From positions 1-64,000 of the forward strand of contig NW_027191483.1 in the NCBI RefSeq assembly GCF_011745625.1: DNA of 64,000 nt. Reading direction: 5' to 3'. The notes beneath the pieces were generated by a model. It had not been told where the DNA came from, did no database searches, and saw only the letters and a program-made list of their open reading frames with translations. Position numbers and translations under genes: made by a program. Positions 11,396 through 22,636 of the stretch are shown one piece after another. Positions within the stretch are counted from its first letter, which is position 1. Every line of letters starts with the position of its first letter. The stretch is from Cladosporium halotolerans (taxonomy: Eukaryota).

Positions 11396-12088
11396 TATGA
11401 ATAGAACGACTGGACAGAACCTCATAATTGAACTCTTCGTTCTGAGCACAATTCGGATGACAGGCCGTGAGTCGTGAAGACTCGTGTATGACAGGAGGTA
11501 CCTTCCTAAAGTGCGATGCCCGTGTCTTGCCTCTGAGCAACGGAAGCAGCACTTCTCAGAGGCGACATCGCAGCCAACGCCACGCCAAATTCGTCGCGGG
11601 AGCGATCTCGGAGCCGCTTTGATCGCCTTCGTCTAAGAATTTTCGACAGGCGTTAGTGTTTTGGGGCGTGAGCTTATTTCTGCAGCTAGAGTAGTATGTA
11701 GATCACGACGTAGGAGCTCTGCTTACCCTTCGACATCACCTTGTTGCGAAGACTGCACAATTGGAGGCCTCCGGCGTCATCGCGTTTTCTAAACGCTTCC
11801 TTCCATTCGCGATGGCCAGAAAATGGCAAGCATCGACCAACGTGACGCAACAGACCATGGCTCAACCACGCTTGCCGGGAATCCCGGGCCCGCCAAGTGC
11901 AGTTCTTTGGTCAACATGAGCCTTTCCCCATGAAAATTTATGTAACAGAACTGTTCTCTAGCGAACTAGTCTGCCAAGGCCACCTGGCCGTGGGTAGCCG
12001 TGCTCACCTTGACGATTCTTGAGTTATTACTCTGGCAGCTGCAGCATAGTCATATCTCTTCGAGCAGGAATCGCGCGACAGCAGGACC

Positions 12089-13684
12089 ATGGGCCACGCA
12101 AAGAGCCTGAACGACCACGAGCCGGAGGAGGAAGTCTTCGTGGAGCCGGCTCTAGCGCATCACTCTCCCGAAGCTTCTCAGGCTGGCGAGGTGACCGATG
12201 CAGTTTTTGGTGAAGTGGGCGCGGATGGCCCGAACTACCGCAGCGTGAGTACGCCCTACGCGCCTGAGCTAGTCCTCACTACACGCCCATGGACGCTGAC
12301 AACGACTGCAGGTCGGCTGGGTCGCCGCCATCGTTCTATTATTGAAGTCCCAAATAGGTCTTGGTGTACTTTCGGTTCCTTCGGCGTTTAACACCCTGGG
12401 CATGGCCCCGGGGATTATCATCCTCATCGTCGTCGCCGCTATCACGACATGGACGGGTTATGTTATTGGCACCTTCAAGCTTAACCACCCAGAGGTGTAC
12501 GGTATCGACGATGCTGGTGGAATAATGTTCGGCCGCGCTGGCCGCGAGTTCCTCGCCATTGCCTTTTGCCTTTACTGGTTATTCGTCTCTGGCTCTGCTA
12601 TGCTCGGCGTGTCGATTGGCCTGAACGCAGTCTCGGCACATGGTACTTGCACAGCTGTATTTGTTGCGGTAGCAGCAGCAATCGGCTTAATCTTTGCGAG
12701 TATCCGAACTCTCGGACGTGTCAGTTGGCTTGCATGGGTTGGGACAATCTGCGTGCTTGTCTCCAGTGAGTAAATGTGGCAAGGTATTCGACGACTTCTT
12801 AAGCTGACTCGCCCAACAGTCTTTACTCTCACCATTGCCACCGGTGTCCAGGATCGTCCAGCCGATGCTCCTCGCGAGGGCCCATGGGCTTCCGACTGGA
12901 AAGTGGTCGGTAACCCGACCTTTGCAGAGGCTATGTCAGCTGTTGCATCCCTTGTCCTCGCATATGGTGGTCTGCCAGCGTACTTCTCCATCGCCTCGGA
13001 GATGAAGGATCCTCGCTACTACACTCGGTCCGTGCTGTTCTGCCAGGGCACTGCCACCGTCGTATATATCATTATCGGCGTGGTAGTTTATTACTATTGC
13101 GGATCTTATGTCGCATCGCCCGCTCTGGGCTCTGCGGGCGTTCTTCTGAAGAAGATCTGCTATGGCTTGGTCCTGCCTGGCCTTCTGGTTACGGAGATTC
13201 TCTATATCCACGTGAGTAACATCGCTTGTCGGACTTCATCGAAGCGTCACGCTGACCAACGGAACAGTTGACCGCCAAGTATGTTTTTGTTCGAGCTCTC
13301 AGGAACTCGAAGCATCTCACCTCCAACTCCTGGGTTCACTGGACTTCTTGGCTGTGTTGCACTCTGGCGGTGACTATCATTTCCTACTGCATTGCAAGCG
13401 GCGTCCCCGTTTTCGGCGAGCTTGTCTCTCTGATCGGTGCCCTGTTCGGAACCTTGATGTGTTTTCACCCAATGGCTTGCATGTGGCTGTTCGACAACTG
13501 GAAGCCAAAGACCCGCACTCTAAAGTGGTACTTCCTTGTTAGCTGCAACCTTTTCATCCTCATCGGTGGATCCTACCTCCTTGTCTCTGGAACGTACGGC
13601 GCGGTCGTCGGCATCGAGAAAGCTTACACCGAATCCGGTGGATCCGCGGCGTGGTCTTGTGAGGATAATTCCAACTCTGTTTGA
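12089..13684 (+). CDS. Neutral amino-acid permease (Mtr-like, AAAP/Aa_trans family; exons 12089-12244, 12312-12765, 12820-13211, 13268-13684)
   Basis: DAVFGEV..DGPNYRSVGW, KSQIGLGVLSVPSAF, FKLNHPEVYGIDDAG, SEMKDPR.Y, CGSYVASPALGSAG, C-terminal WSCEDNSNS. Three GTGAGT...CTGAC...CAG introns. Confidence 0.93.
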
Positions 13685-14445
13685 GCTTTTGGTCCGATGA
13701 TTGAATAATCCTGATGGGCCATTCCGCATCACTCGTTGGTATCCTGGACTCGCGCATTTGGCCCTTTGCTCTACCTTGCTCCGCCGATAATAATCGCTGG
13801 ATCAGCCGCTATGGTCATAGCAGTCAAGGCTGTTACGACCTCCAACAAAGACGAAGGAATAAGTGCTATTCGAATCGCCTCTGACGCGATCAGCCTGCAC
13901 CGAACCCTTGTTTCCAGAAATGGTTCTTGATCGGAGGTAGTTGCGCTTCTGCGCGGGGTTCAGCGAAACCACCAATAAAAGTCTCGCTTCCATGACCTCG
14001 AAATGATTTGAGGTCTGGTGATCGCGTGGTGTGCCGTCTGATGAGATGATTCGAGAAAAGACCATCTTGAAGAATCCTCGGACGCTCCAGCAGTGGGTAG
14101 AGAATGAGTCTACGAATGGGAAAGTCTGGTTGAGATTGGGAGTGGTTTATGTATTCATCAACGACCTGAGCATTGAATCGCAATTTTATCTCCAACGTCT
14201 GTTACAATACGTGAATGAGTTGGTTGCCATGAGTTTCGTAACGTCCATGTCTCCCGGCTTCGGAGTGATGCCCTGTATGAGTTCGTCCAGGAATGCGCTA
14301 ACCCAAAACGGACACAGCGGGTGAATCTCCAGCGAGCGCCCGCATACAACAATAAACACTCACTTAGCAACGCTCTCAATCCACTCCACCCTTCGTAGGA
14401 GATCGAACGCCGACCGAGCCCTTCGGCTCACACACTACCAGCGCC

Positions 14446-16623
14446 ATGTCGCGGTACCAGCAGGCGTCAGCCTACGACATCATAACCGGCGGCGACCCAT
14501 CACCACGCCCCGCCGCCCGCCAACGCCAACCCCTCGCAGAATCCACCGCGACATTCCGCCAATCGACGATGTCCTCGCGACCCGACCACGGGAACGAAGA
14601 CTTGCGTGCGCAGTTGCGCACGCTCCAGTATGAGCTCGACAGCCTCAAACAGGAGCGCGAACTTTCGTCGCTCGAAACGCAACAGGAACTGCGCGACGCG
14701 CAGGCGCGCGCGGAAGAGGACTTCAAGCGCGCGCAGACGGCGGAGCGCGAGCGGGATACGGCTGTGAGAAAGCTCGAGAGCGCGGCGCGAGAGGCGGCCG
14801 AGGAGCGCGATCGAGCTGTCAATGAGAGGATGGCGCTGGAGAAGAAGAATCGCGGTTTGCAAGAGGATGCGAGGCAGTTAAGAGAGGAGGTTGAGGAGGC
14901 GAGGTCTGAGGGTGAGGAGAGGGCTCGAGGGGCTGAGAGGATGGTTGGGGAGCTTGAAGCGAGGTGTGAAAGCTTGAGGATTGCTAGTGACGAAATGAGA
15001 AGAGATTTGGAAGGCAGAGTTGAGGCGGTTGCTGCTTTGCAAAAGAGGGTTGTGGAGGGTGAAGAGAAGATCGGAGAGCTTGAGGGCGAAGTCGTACGAT
15101 TGAAGGCCAAGGGTGGAAATGAAGAAACTCTTGCTGTTGTGAGGAAGGAATTGGGCCAGCAGGTGGAATACATTCGCAAGCTCGAGGGCACAAGTCGTGA
15201 TCAGGGCAATGAGTTGAAGAACTTGAGGAAGACGGCAAGAAGCGTCGAAGTGGTTGAAGAGGAGAAAAGGGCTTTGGAGGCGAAGGTCGGCATGATGGAG
15301 GATTTGAGGCGGGAGCTGTCTGAAGCTCAGCTGCAACGGAGAATACTTGAAGACGAGAAGAAGAGCTGGACCAGCTACCTTGAGAACGAGGGGCCAGAAG
15401 GTGAAGCTGCATTCGAAACACCCGAACAGATGGCAAAGGCTTTCTTGCAGGAACGACTTGAGAGACTGAGTCTTGTGGACAAATTGGGTACCATCCAGCC
15501 GGAAATGACTGTTAAGGACGAAAACATCCGGGAGCTCGAAGACGAGAAATCTAAGCTTCAAGCTGAAATCGAAACACTACGGACGACTGCTGCAACGGTG
15601 CCAGCCATCGCTGCGCCTTCGGACGCCAAAGCGCGTGCGAGACTCGAGCGACAAAAGAACCTCGCCGTCAAAGAGGTCGAATACTTGCGTGCACAGATGA
15701 AGACATTTGAAGCAGAAGAGGCAGAATTCAACGCCGAGCAAATCGATGATGAACACAACAAGCGCGTGCAGGAACTGGAGGGCATGTTGGAGAAATACCG
15801 CTCGGAACTGCAGACTCTCCACGCCGACCTCACGAAACTCGAAGCTCAACCACCAGCGACGCCATCCCAGCCGATTCTTTCCTCTCCCAAGAAGCGTTCT
15901 CGTGAGGAAGAGGAAGAGTTCGATGAGCGGCTTGGTGCTCTACGTCGCAAGCTTCGCACAGCCCAAGATAGCCTTGCACAGTCGCAAAAGCAAACATCTA
16001 TTCTTGAAGCAGAGCTCAAAGCAAACGCCAGCCAGCTTTCCTCACTGAAAGAGAATTCTCGCACACGCATTCTCGAACTGCGTTCAAATCCCACGGCCGA
16101 CGCCGAAGCCATCAAGCTATCCACACTGAGGACATTGCGCGAGGAGAACGCCGCCCTCCTCGCCCAAGTGGAAGGCAACCCGAACGGCGGGGGCAAAGTC
16201 GTGCCCGTGTCGACACTTGCCGCTGCACGCCTGACGCTCGACGAGCTTAAGACGACGCTTCAGCAAACAGAGAAGAAATCGCTTCGACTTAAGCAGATTT
16301 TCACCACAAAGTCTCTTGAGTTCCGTGAAGCCGTCGCTTCTATCCTTGGTTGGAAGCTGGACTTCATGCCCAACGGGCGGGTGAAAGCAACTTCAATCTT
16401 GTACCCCAGCCATTTCAATAGCGAGGGCGAAGAGGAGGAGAACAGTATCACTTTCGACGGTGAAAATGGCACTATGAAAGTCAGTGGCGGTCCACGGAGT
16501 GTCTTTGCTGGCGAAATAAGACAGGCTGTCGAATTTTGGGTGGAAGGCAGGAAGGAGATTCCATGCTTTCTAGCGGCTTTGACGCTGGAATTTTACGAGA
16601 GGACGACGAGAGCTCAGGGATGA
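14446..16623 (+). CDS. MAD1: Spindle assembly checkpoint protein Mad1
   Basis: 725-aa coiled-coil protein with RILELRSNPT (Mad2-interaction region), the RLK motif (RLKQIF), EFREAVASILGWKLDF and the C-terminal RWD-like domain (EIPCFLAALTLEFYE). Confidence 0.93.
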   Translation: MSRYQQASAYDIITGGDPSPRPAARQRQPLAESTATFRQSTMSSRPDHGNEDLRAQLRTLQYELDSLKQERELSSLETQQELRDAQARAEEDFKRAQTAERERDTAVRKLESAAREAAEERDRAVNERMALEKKNRGLQEDARQLREEVEEARSEGEERARGAERMVGELEARCESLRIASDEMRRDLEGRVEAVAALQKRVVEGEEKIGELEGEVVRLKAKGGNEETLAVVRKELGQQVEYIRKLEGTSRDQGNELKNLRKTARSVEVVEEEKRALEAKVGMMEDLRRELSEAQLQRRILEDEKKSWTSYLENEGPEGEAAFETPEQMAKAFLQERLERLSLVDKLGTIQPEMTVKDENIRELEDEKSKLQAEIETLRTTAATVPAIAAPSDAKARARLERQKNLAVKEVEYLRAQMKTFEAEEAEFNAEQIDDEHNKRVQELEGMLEKYRSELQTLHADLTKLEAQPPATPSQPILSSPKKRSREEEEEFDERLGALRRKLRTAQDSLAQSQKQTSILEAELKANASQLSSLKENSRTRILELRSNPTADAEAIKLSTLRTLREENAALLAQVEGNPNGGGKVVPVSTLAAARLTLDELKTTLQQTEKKSLRLKQIFTTKSLEFREAVASILGWKLDFMPNGRVKATSILYPSHFNSEGEEEENSITFDGENGTMKVSGGPRSVFAGEIRQAVEFWVEGRKEIPCFLAALTLEFYERTTRAQG

Positions 16624-19301
16624 TTGCTTTCTTGACCGGCTCGCATCCTCTCATCCAGGTCTTCAAACGTGACGCCGCCTCCCGTATATCCAGCTTCCAA
16701 CAAGTTGGCGAGTCGAATTCTCCATCTCTCTTCGTACACCTCGTATTTCTTCAAGAATGCCTCATCGCTGAAGTCAAGAAGATCATTCTCCAGGGAGTCT
16801 AAAACGTGGTCGCCACTGTCCATCAAACTGTCCTTCATTTGTTCGAAGTCTTGGCAGTCCTCGCGCCAGCGGCCTGGCATCTTGGCGTCATCAAACGAGG
16901 CGTTGTTCATCGCACGTTTTCTTGTCAGAATGCTCTCCGCCATGTGGTTAAGGACGGGTTCGCCGGCCACCCATTGCCAGAAGTGCCTAGCATAGGTCTC
17001 ACAGGGGTTCCACGGAGAAACGTGCCAATCTTCCGGGTGCGGTCCGACAGACAGAGTGAAAGTCGGGCCACCGTTCCACCAGACATTGGCATATGAGCGC
17101 AAGTATTCGCAAATGTTTTGTACCTCTCTCTCAGCGTACTTGACAAGGTCGGTGCCAAGGGATTGGACGGTAGATACCCAGCATTGCAGCCTTTCGTTAA
17201 AGAAACGAGCACAATTTTTCGGTGGTGCCCAAAACTGATATTTCGTAGCATATAGGGTCAACCAATATAGGCAAAGTGCACCTAATGGTGTACTCTTCGT
17301 GGATCTGCTTAACATATCTCCGTGGAAAGAGTTTTCGAAAATCACGATTTCTCGCCAAAATGAAGGCAGTTCGTTAGCTGTCTGGTGCAAGTTGAGTCCC
17401 GCTCGTACTGCCAAAGCGAAAGCGCTAGCGATGAGTTGCTCTGTCTCAGGAGCGATTTGATGTGCGTGGATCCATGATATGGCATGAAGCACCCACTTAT
17501 ATTCAGAAGGGCGGGATTCAATTTCCTGAAGGACCGCGTTGTCGCACAGAACCTGTGTGAAATAAGGGTAAAAGTTGCATGAGGACGTGAAGTCAGCTCC
17601 CGGAGTGTCGTCGAATATAAATTTGAACTTCAGGCGGGACCTCAAGAAGCCATCAAGTTGATCCAGTTTCTCTGTGGCAGATTGTAAACCCGTGTGCCTG
17701 AGTGCGATAAGGTGAGCATAGGTCATGCTATCCTTTTCCCACCGTTCTGAAAACCAATCCTCGTCATCATTCTCTGGTGGAGTAATGGAGCGAAACAACA
17801 GCTTTTCTGCCTCTATGGGACCGTCTGAAAACACTGTCAACCTCATAAGGGGGCTCCAGAGGTCTTCGTGCTGTAAACGTGTGAAGATGCCCTCTCTCCG
17901 TAGCAGAGTACAGATATCCAATCGTCGGCCCCGAATTGCCCAAGTTAATGCTGTGTCGCTTTTTTCATCGCGATCGTATATTGACGCTTGGCCATTCGAA
18001 AGGAGTTTCTTCACTTCATCAATGTTGCCTGCAAAACATGCGATAAAGAAGGGCGAGTCCCTTGGGACGATCCTGCAGACTCCTAGTGAATAGGTCCATC
18101 CAGAACTTGCGCAATGCAGCTGCAGGTCGTACTGCTGTTGAGAGAACCATTTGGGCAGTCGTACGGTGAACACCACTCTTTTTCGCTTCTTTGTCGCAAT
18201 CTGTGTCTGCTCTGTCGTAGTAGTCTGCTCGATTGTGAAGCCCAGCGGCAGGAGGTGGAAGGAAAAGGTCGTGCGCTTTGTTGTACTAAATGCGAAGTAT
18301 CTCGAGACATCGCTATGTCCCCCGAGGATGTTGCCGAAATGAGCGTTGAGCTGGTGGATGCTGCGATCGGCATCTGCCACCGCTGCAGCAATGCAAGAGT
18401 ACTGCTGGTTGTGATTGTGGACATTTGAAGATATGTCTCTACACTGTTGACCCAGATCGGAGAGTGTGTTACAGATCTTTTCGCTACCAAGGTGTTAACC
18501 GCGTTGGTGCAACGGACCTACTCTGACACGGCGGGAGCCACATGCCTAGTTTCGCTTTGCAATGCCTTGATGCTGTGACTTTCATGAACCAATCTTGTTG
18601 TCGAATCGCTGAGGTCTTGAGAGAGTCTCGTAAAACCTTGTATTTGTTCTTTCTCGGTGGTTGCACTATCAGAATCAGCAACTTTGCATCAGCTTCAACA
18701 GGCATAGGTTTTTCGCACGTCGTTACTTCTATGCGAGCGCACTGTTGGGCAAGCTGGAGTTGTTGAGCTGAAAGAGTGCTTTGGCCCTGTGTGGACAGAT
18801 TGTGGCGATGTGCTACCTGGCCCCTTCGAGAGTCAGCGTCCCCTATCCCCGTCTATACGTGAATGTAGTGATCACTTACGATTCGAAGATTTGCAGAGCA
18901 AGTAACAGAGAGGTCTTTCCTCGCTCCACCCCCAGAATCATCTCTTCGATCTCATTCTTCTTGAAGGGAGCCTTCAATGCTGAAAGCTTACTTTTCTCCA
19001 GGCCGAAGTTCACTTTCTGTAGAACTGCAACGGTCTGATACCTTGTCTTCTCGAGGTTAGTGAAAATACTCTTGAGGCATTTGTCGTCCACGTTGATTTG
19101 ATCAGCCGATTGTATTCGTGCGCCAGCTTGCTCCAGAAGATCCCGCAGCATGTCCATCTCATCACTCAACTCTTTGACTTGGCCCGGAATATTCTTGACT
19201 GTAATGTATATCTCTCTCAGTTTGATCGCGCCCTCGGTCATCTGAGCTGTGAGAGAAATGAACCCAGCAGTCGCTGCGGCGATGCTAACAGGATCAGACA
19301 T
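16614..19301 (-). CDS. HeLo-like (fungal STAND N-terminal domain-type) protein with ankyrin repeats and uncharacterised C-terminus; internal exons 18484-18880 uncertain
   Basis: Exon 1 (19301-18880) MSDPVSIAAATAGFISLTAQMTEGAIKLREIY..VKNIP..VKELSDEM...ERGKTSLLLALQ ends at a GTAAGT donor. The large exon has ankyrin-like FFIACFAGNIDEVKKLLSNGQASIYDRDE..DTALTWA and the C-terminal W...LGTDLVKYAE.E / GPHPEDW / FWQWV / MPGRW strings. Confidence 0.72.
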
Positions 19302-20104
19302 GACTGTTTCTCGTAGAAGTTGGCCTGAATGGTATCCGATAGCAACCTGGGAGCTTCCAGTAAAGCTTGTTACCACCAGGCGACAAGATGATGTTCGATG
19401 TAGCTTTGATGAGTCGAAACCATAATATGAATGCGTTATGCGTCTGATGGTAAAGGAGAGGGAGAGATGCTTCAGCTTGGACAGATACCGCTTTTCGACG
19501 GCGAGGCTGACATGGCTGGGCGAAGCTGGGCTGAGTCTGATGCATGCACTGCCAGCACCTCTTGAGCCGATCTCCCGTCCAATTAGATGTGCAGCTTTGA
19601 GGATCGTTCGTGTACCACACTGCCTCAATGAATTACTGCGCCTCATTACACGCGGAAAACAGTGTGTGCCATGTATTTTCCGTCCATTGCCTTTTCGAAG
19701 AGCCGAGAGACTGTCATGCAGTGGAACAGTAGCCGATCAACGTTCGTCAAAGTGATGGTCTGGACATGCTGCTCATACATGGTGGAGTTTTGGAAAATCA
19801 TGTGACATTAAGACGAAATGCCCAAGTGAACGGAGACTCACAAAACGTACAAAGCGATCGATAAAGGATCGATTCAAGTAATATGAAACTTGCCATCGCC
19901 GTAGCCATGAGAAATTCATAGATCAGAAGAATCTCTATGTTCCAGGACGACTGGCAGAACAGGAAATGAAAATAATGCCCAGCCATAACTCTTCTTTATT
20001 TCGTCGAAGATCTCGTGATCTGTCCATCCGCAAGTGATATGTGAAGCTAATTCCATCATGGTTTGGTGTTTGATCCAGAAATAAACACAAAATCATGCCC
20101 GCAT

Positions 20105-20683
20105 TTACGCCGCATGCTCAGGCAATGTCGGCACGCCAGTAGGACCGGCAACGCCAGTGGGAGCAGCATTTCCACCAACGGGGCCGCCAAACGGCGGGCC
20201 TCCAGAGCCGGTAGGGAACGGAGCGCCTGTGGCGAAAGGAGGCTGCTGCGGAGCGTCGACTGGCGGCGTGGGCTTCTCATGCTTGGGCTTGTATGCCTGC
20301 CACGGCTTCCTGGGGCCACGGCCACGAGGACCTTCGAAACGCTTGTCGTGTTCGAAATAATGCACGCTCTCGGCGGCGCGCCAAGCGAAGTCGGCGGGTC
20401 CACTGGAAGGAGCGGCAGTACCTGATGGAATAAGGCCGGTGGGGAAGGCTCCGGTGGGGATGGCGCCAGTTGGAATGAAAGGGCCGCCGTTCACGCCAGT
20501 TGAGTCAGCAGGGATGGTGTCGAAAGGTGGTTGTGGTGAGGGAGGTCCCTTGGGGCCACCGGGTTGGGAGTGAGGACCTTTCCATGGGCCATGGTTGCCT
20601 TTGGAAAACCAAGGCGGAGCAGCGACGCTCGATGCGACGAGGAGAGACAGGGTCGCAAGGGATGTAAAGCTGAGAGACGGCAT
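20105..20683 (-). CDS. Small secreted Pro/Gly-rich protein (192 aa) with PTG repeats and one KR site
   Basis: ATG 20683 begins a signal peptide (MPSLSFTSLATLSLLVASSVA/AP). TATATA lies ~75 bp upstream. Repeated PTG motifs, no Cys, HDKR dibasic site. Confidence 0.78.
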   Translation of the reverse strand: MPSLSFTSLATLSLLVASSVAAPPWFSKGNHGPWKGPHSQPGGPKGPPSPQPPFDTIPADSTGVNGGPFIPTGAIPTGAFPTGLIPSGTAAPSSGPADFAWRAAESVHYFEHDKRFEGPRGRGPRKPWQAYKPKHEKPTPPVDAPQQPPFATGAPFPTGSGGPPFGGPVGGNAAPTGVAGPTGVPTLPEHAA

Positions 20684-22636
20684 GTCTGTAGTAGATATCG
20701 CTTGCGAATGGGATAAGGGAACAGAAAACCTAGTTGCGTGGTTCTGGCCTGATGGATATATAGTATCGCGGATTGCGCAACCTCGGACTTGGGGACTGAT
20801 TGGACGGACTATGCTGTCAGGCCAAGAAGAGTGAGCAATATGAGTACGCAAGCGAGCTGAAGCTTTTAGGGGAGATTAACAGAGGTGACTTCTCCGAAAT
20901 CTGCTGTGCCACCTAGATGAGGCGTAAAGGTACCTGCGAGGCAATCAACCAGCGACGCACAACGACCCACGAGAGCTTTTCCATGGCCGTATCGGCTCCC
21001 AGATGCATTGCGGCCTCGACGAGGCTTGGCCCTGCTACAATTGTGTTGAGAAGAGAGCGCCGTCGAAGACAAGCCCTTTTCACACCGGAAATTAAGCACC
21101 CCACCTAGCCTCGATAATTGCTCATGCTCGTCCCTGTACCACACCCTGGCACCTGAGCACCGGGACATTCTCCAGAACACACCAAAGCCCTTGGTCGAGA
21201 AGATCACGACAGAAGTCTCGCTCTCCAAGAGCGTCCAGCCCGAAGCATGTGTGTCTTCGTAGCCTTCTTGACAAACGCATTCAGCATGTGTTTGGTGAGC
21301 ACCATCGGACCAAGCGTGACGCCCCGCGCCGTATTGATTTTCGTGGACATCCTGGCCCGTCTGAGGTGCCTGAATGTGAAAGGAGCAGAGTCCGGAGGGC
21401 TGCGCGTCGCGTCCGCAAACCAGGGCACGCCGTAGGACCATCACTGGCATCGGGAATAGATAGTCGGTACCATAAGAAGAGCCGCCGTGGCGTCAGGTGA
21501 TGACACGCACACCATCAGCCAGATAAGACGACGCCGCGACTGCAGATGAGGTGTCGTCGAAGAGGACGTTGCGAGATCGTCAGGTTGAGCGCTAGCGCGA
21601 ATTCAATCCGAAGCACGGAGAGCCAACCTGCATCCTTGTTGATGATGTTCTGAAACAATGTCCTTAAGTAGCGACCATCTAGGCAACGTCGCTGGTAGAC
21701 GAGGTGGAGACTGCTGGAGGGCGCAATCTAGGTCACGCAAAGCTGATGCGTTCGATGATGCAGCCGTCGAGGCGTCTTCACGTGGCTCGTTACGCAAGAG
21801 CTATTTTCGCAAGCCGTGTTACCGATTACCAGGCATCACCGGAAATCGTCATGCAAGCCATCTGCACCGCAACCGTCTGGACATGTGAAGATGACCACGC
21901 AGCGGTGATGCTCATACGCAATTCCCCTGCAGCTTGCATGCTTGTGCTTGCCGCTCTATCACACGTGTGCTGAAGGCGCAGGACCTGGCCTTACTGCAAG
22001 ACGCGAATTGGCTGTACCTGCAGACGCGGACTTCGTATCACCGCGCATATCTTGCCTTTTGCCACGTTTTTGGGCCTTTGAAAACGCTCAATCTGTTGCC
22101 GTCAAGTGTTCTCGCGTTCTCAGCAATCACGTCACTCGACTTCGGTCGAGCCAAGCTTCTTATCTTCGCTGACGCTTAACCCAGCACTCATTCAAGCCGC
22201 GGAATCGGAAACGCTTCAGTGTCTTTATATGATTGAGATTAGTCTTCATAAACGCCTACGAACGCCAAAAACCCCCAGCCCGAGCCTGCTAGAGAGCAAT
22301 CTTGAAGGAGAGTGATGCATAGATCCGGAAGACCAAATCGCCGCCAGCGTGCCCGCACGCCACCAAACCAACGCTGCTAAGGAGCGTGAGGACTATTACA
22401 AAAGAGATGCCACCCCTGCGCCGGAACGCTTTCGTCGAGCTGCCAGCGCTCGGGATCGTTTCATGTCGTCAGTGGAACAAATGAGCGTGATTAATGAGTG
22501 TGATGAGTAGTTGAATAACTCCGTACGCCGTGGCACTCCCGTCAATGAGAGACTGTGGTGAGATTATGTTCATGTGAAATCCCGCTCCATGTATGATGAG
22601 AACCATGCTTAAAGGAATGTGTGTCATGCTGATATC

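Noticed and set aside
13700..14400. Short ORFs between the permease and MAD1 as a gene relic
   Set aside because: No domain or consistent splice structure could be recognised.
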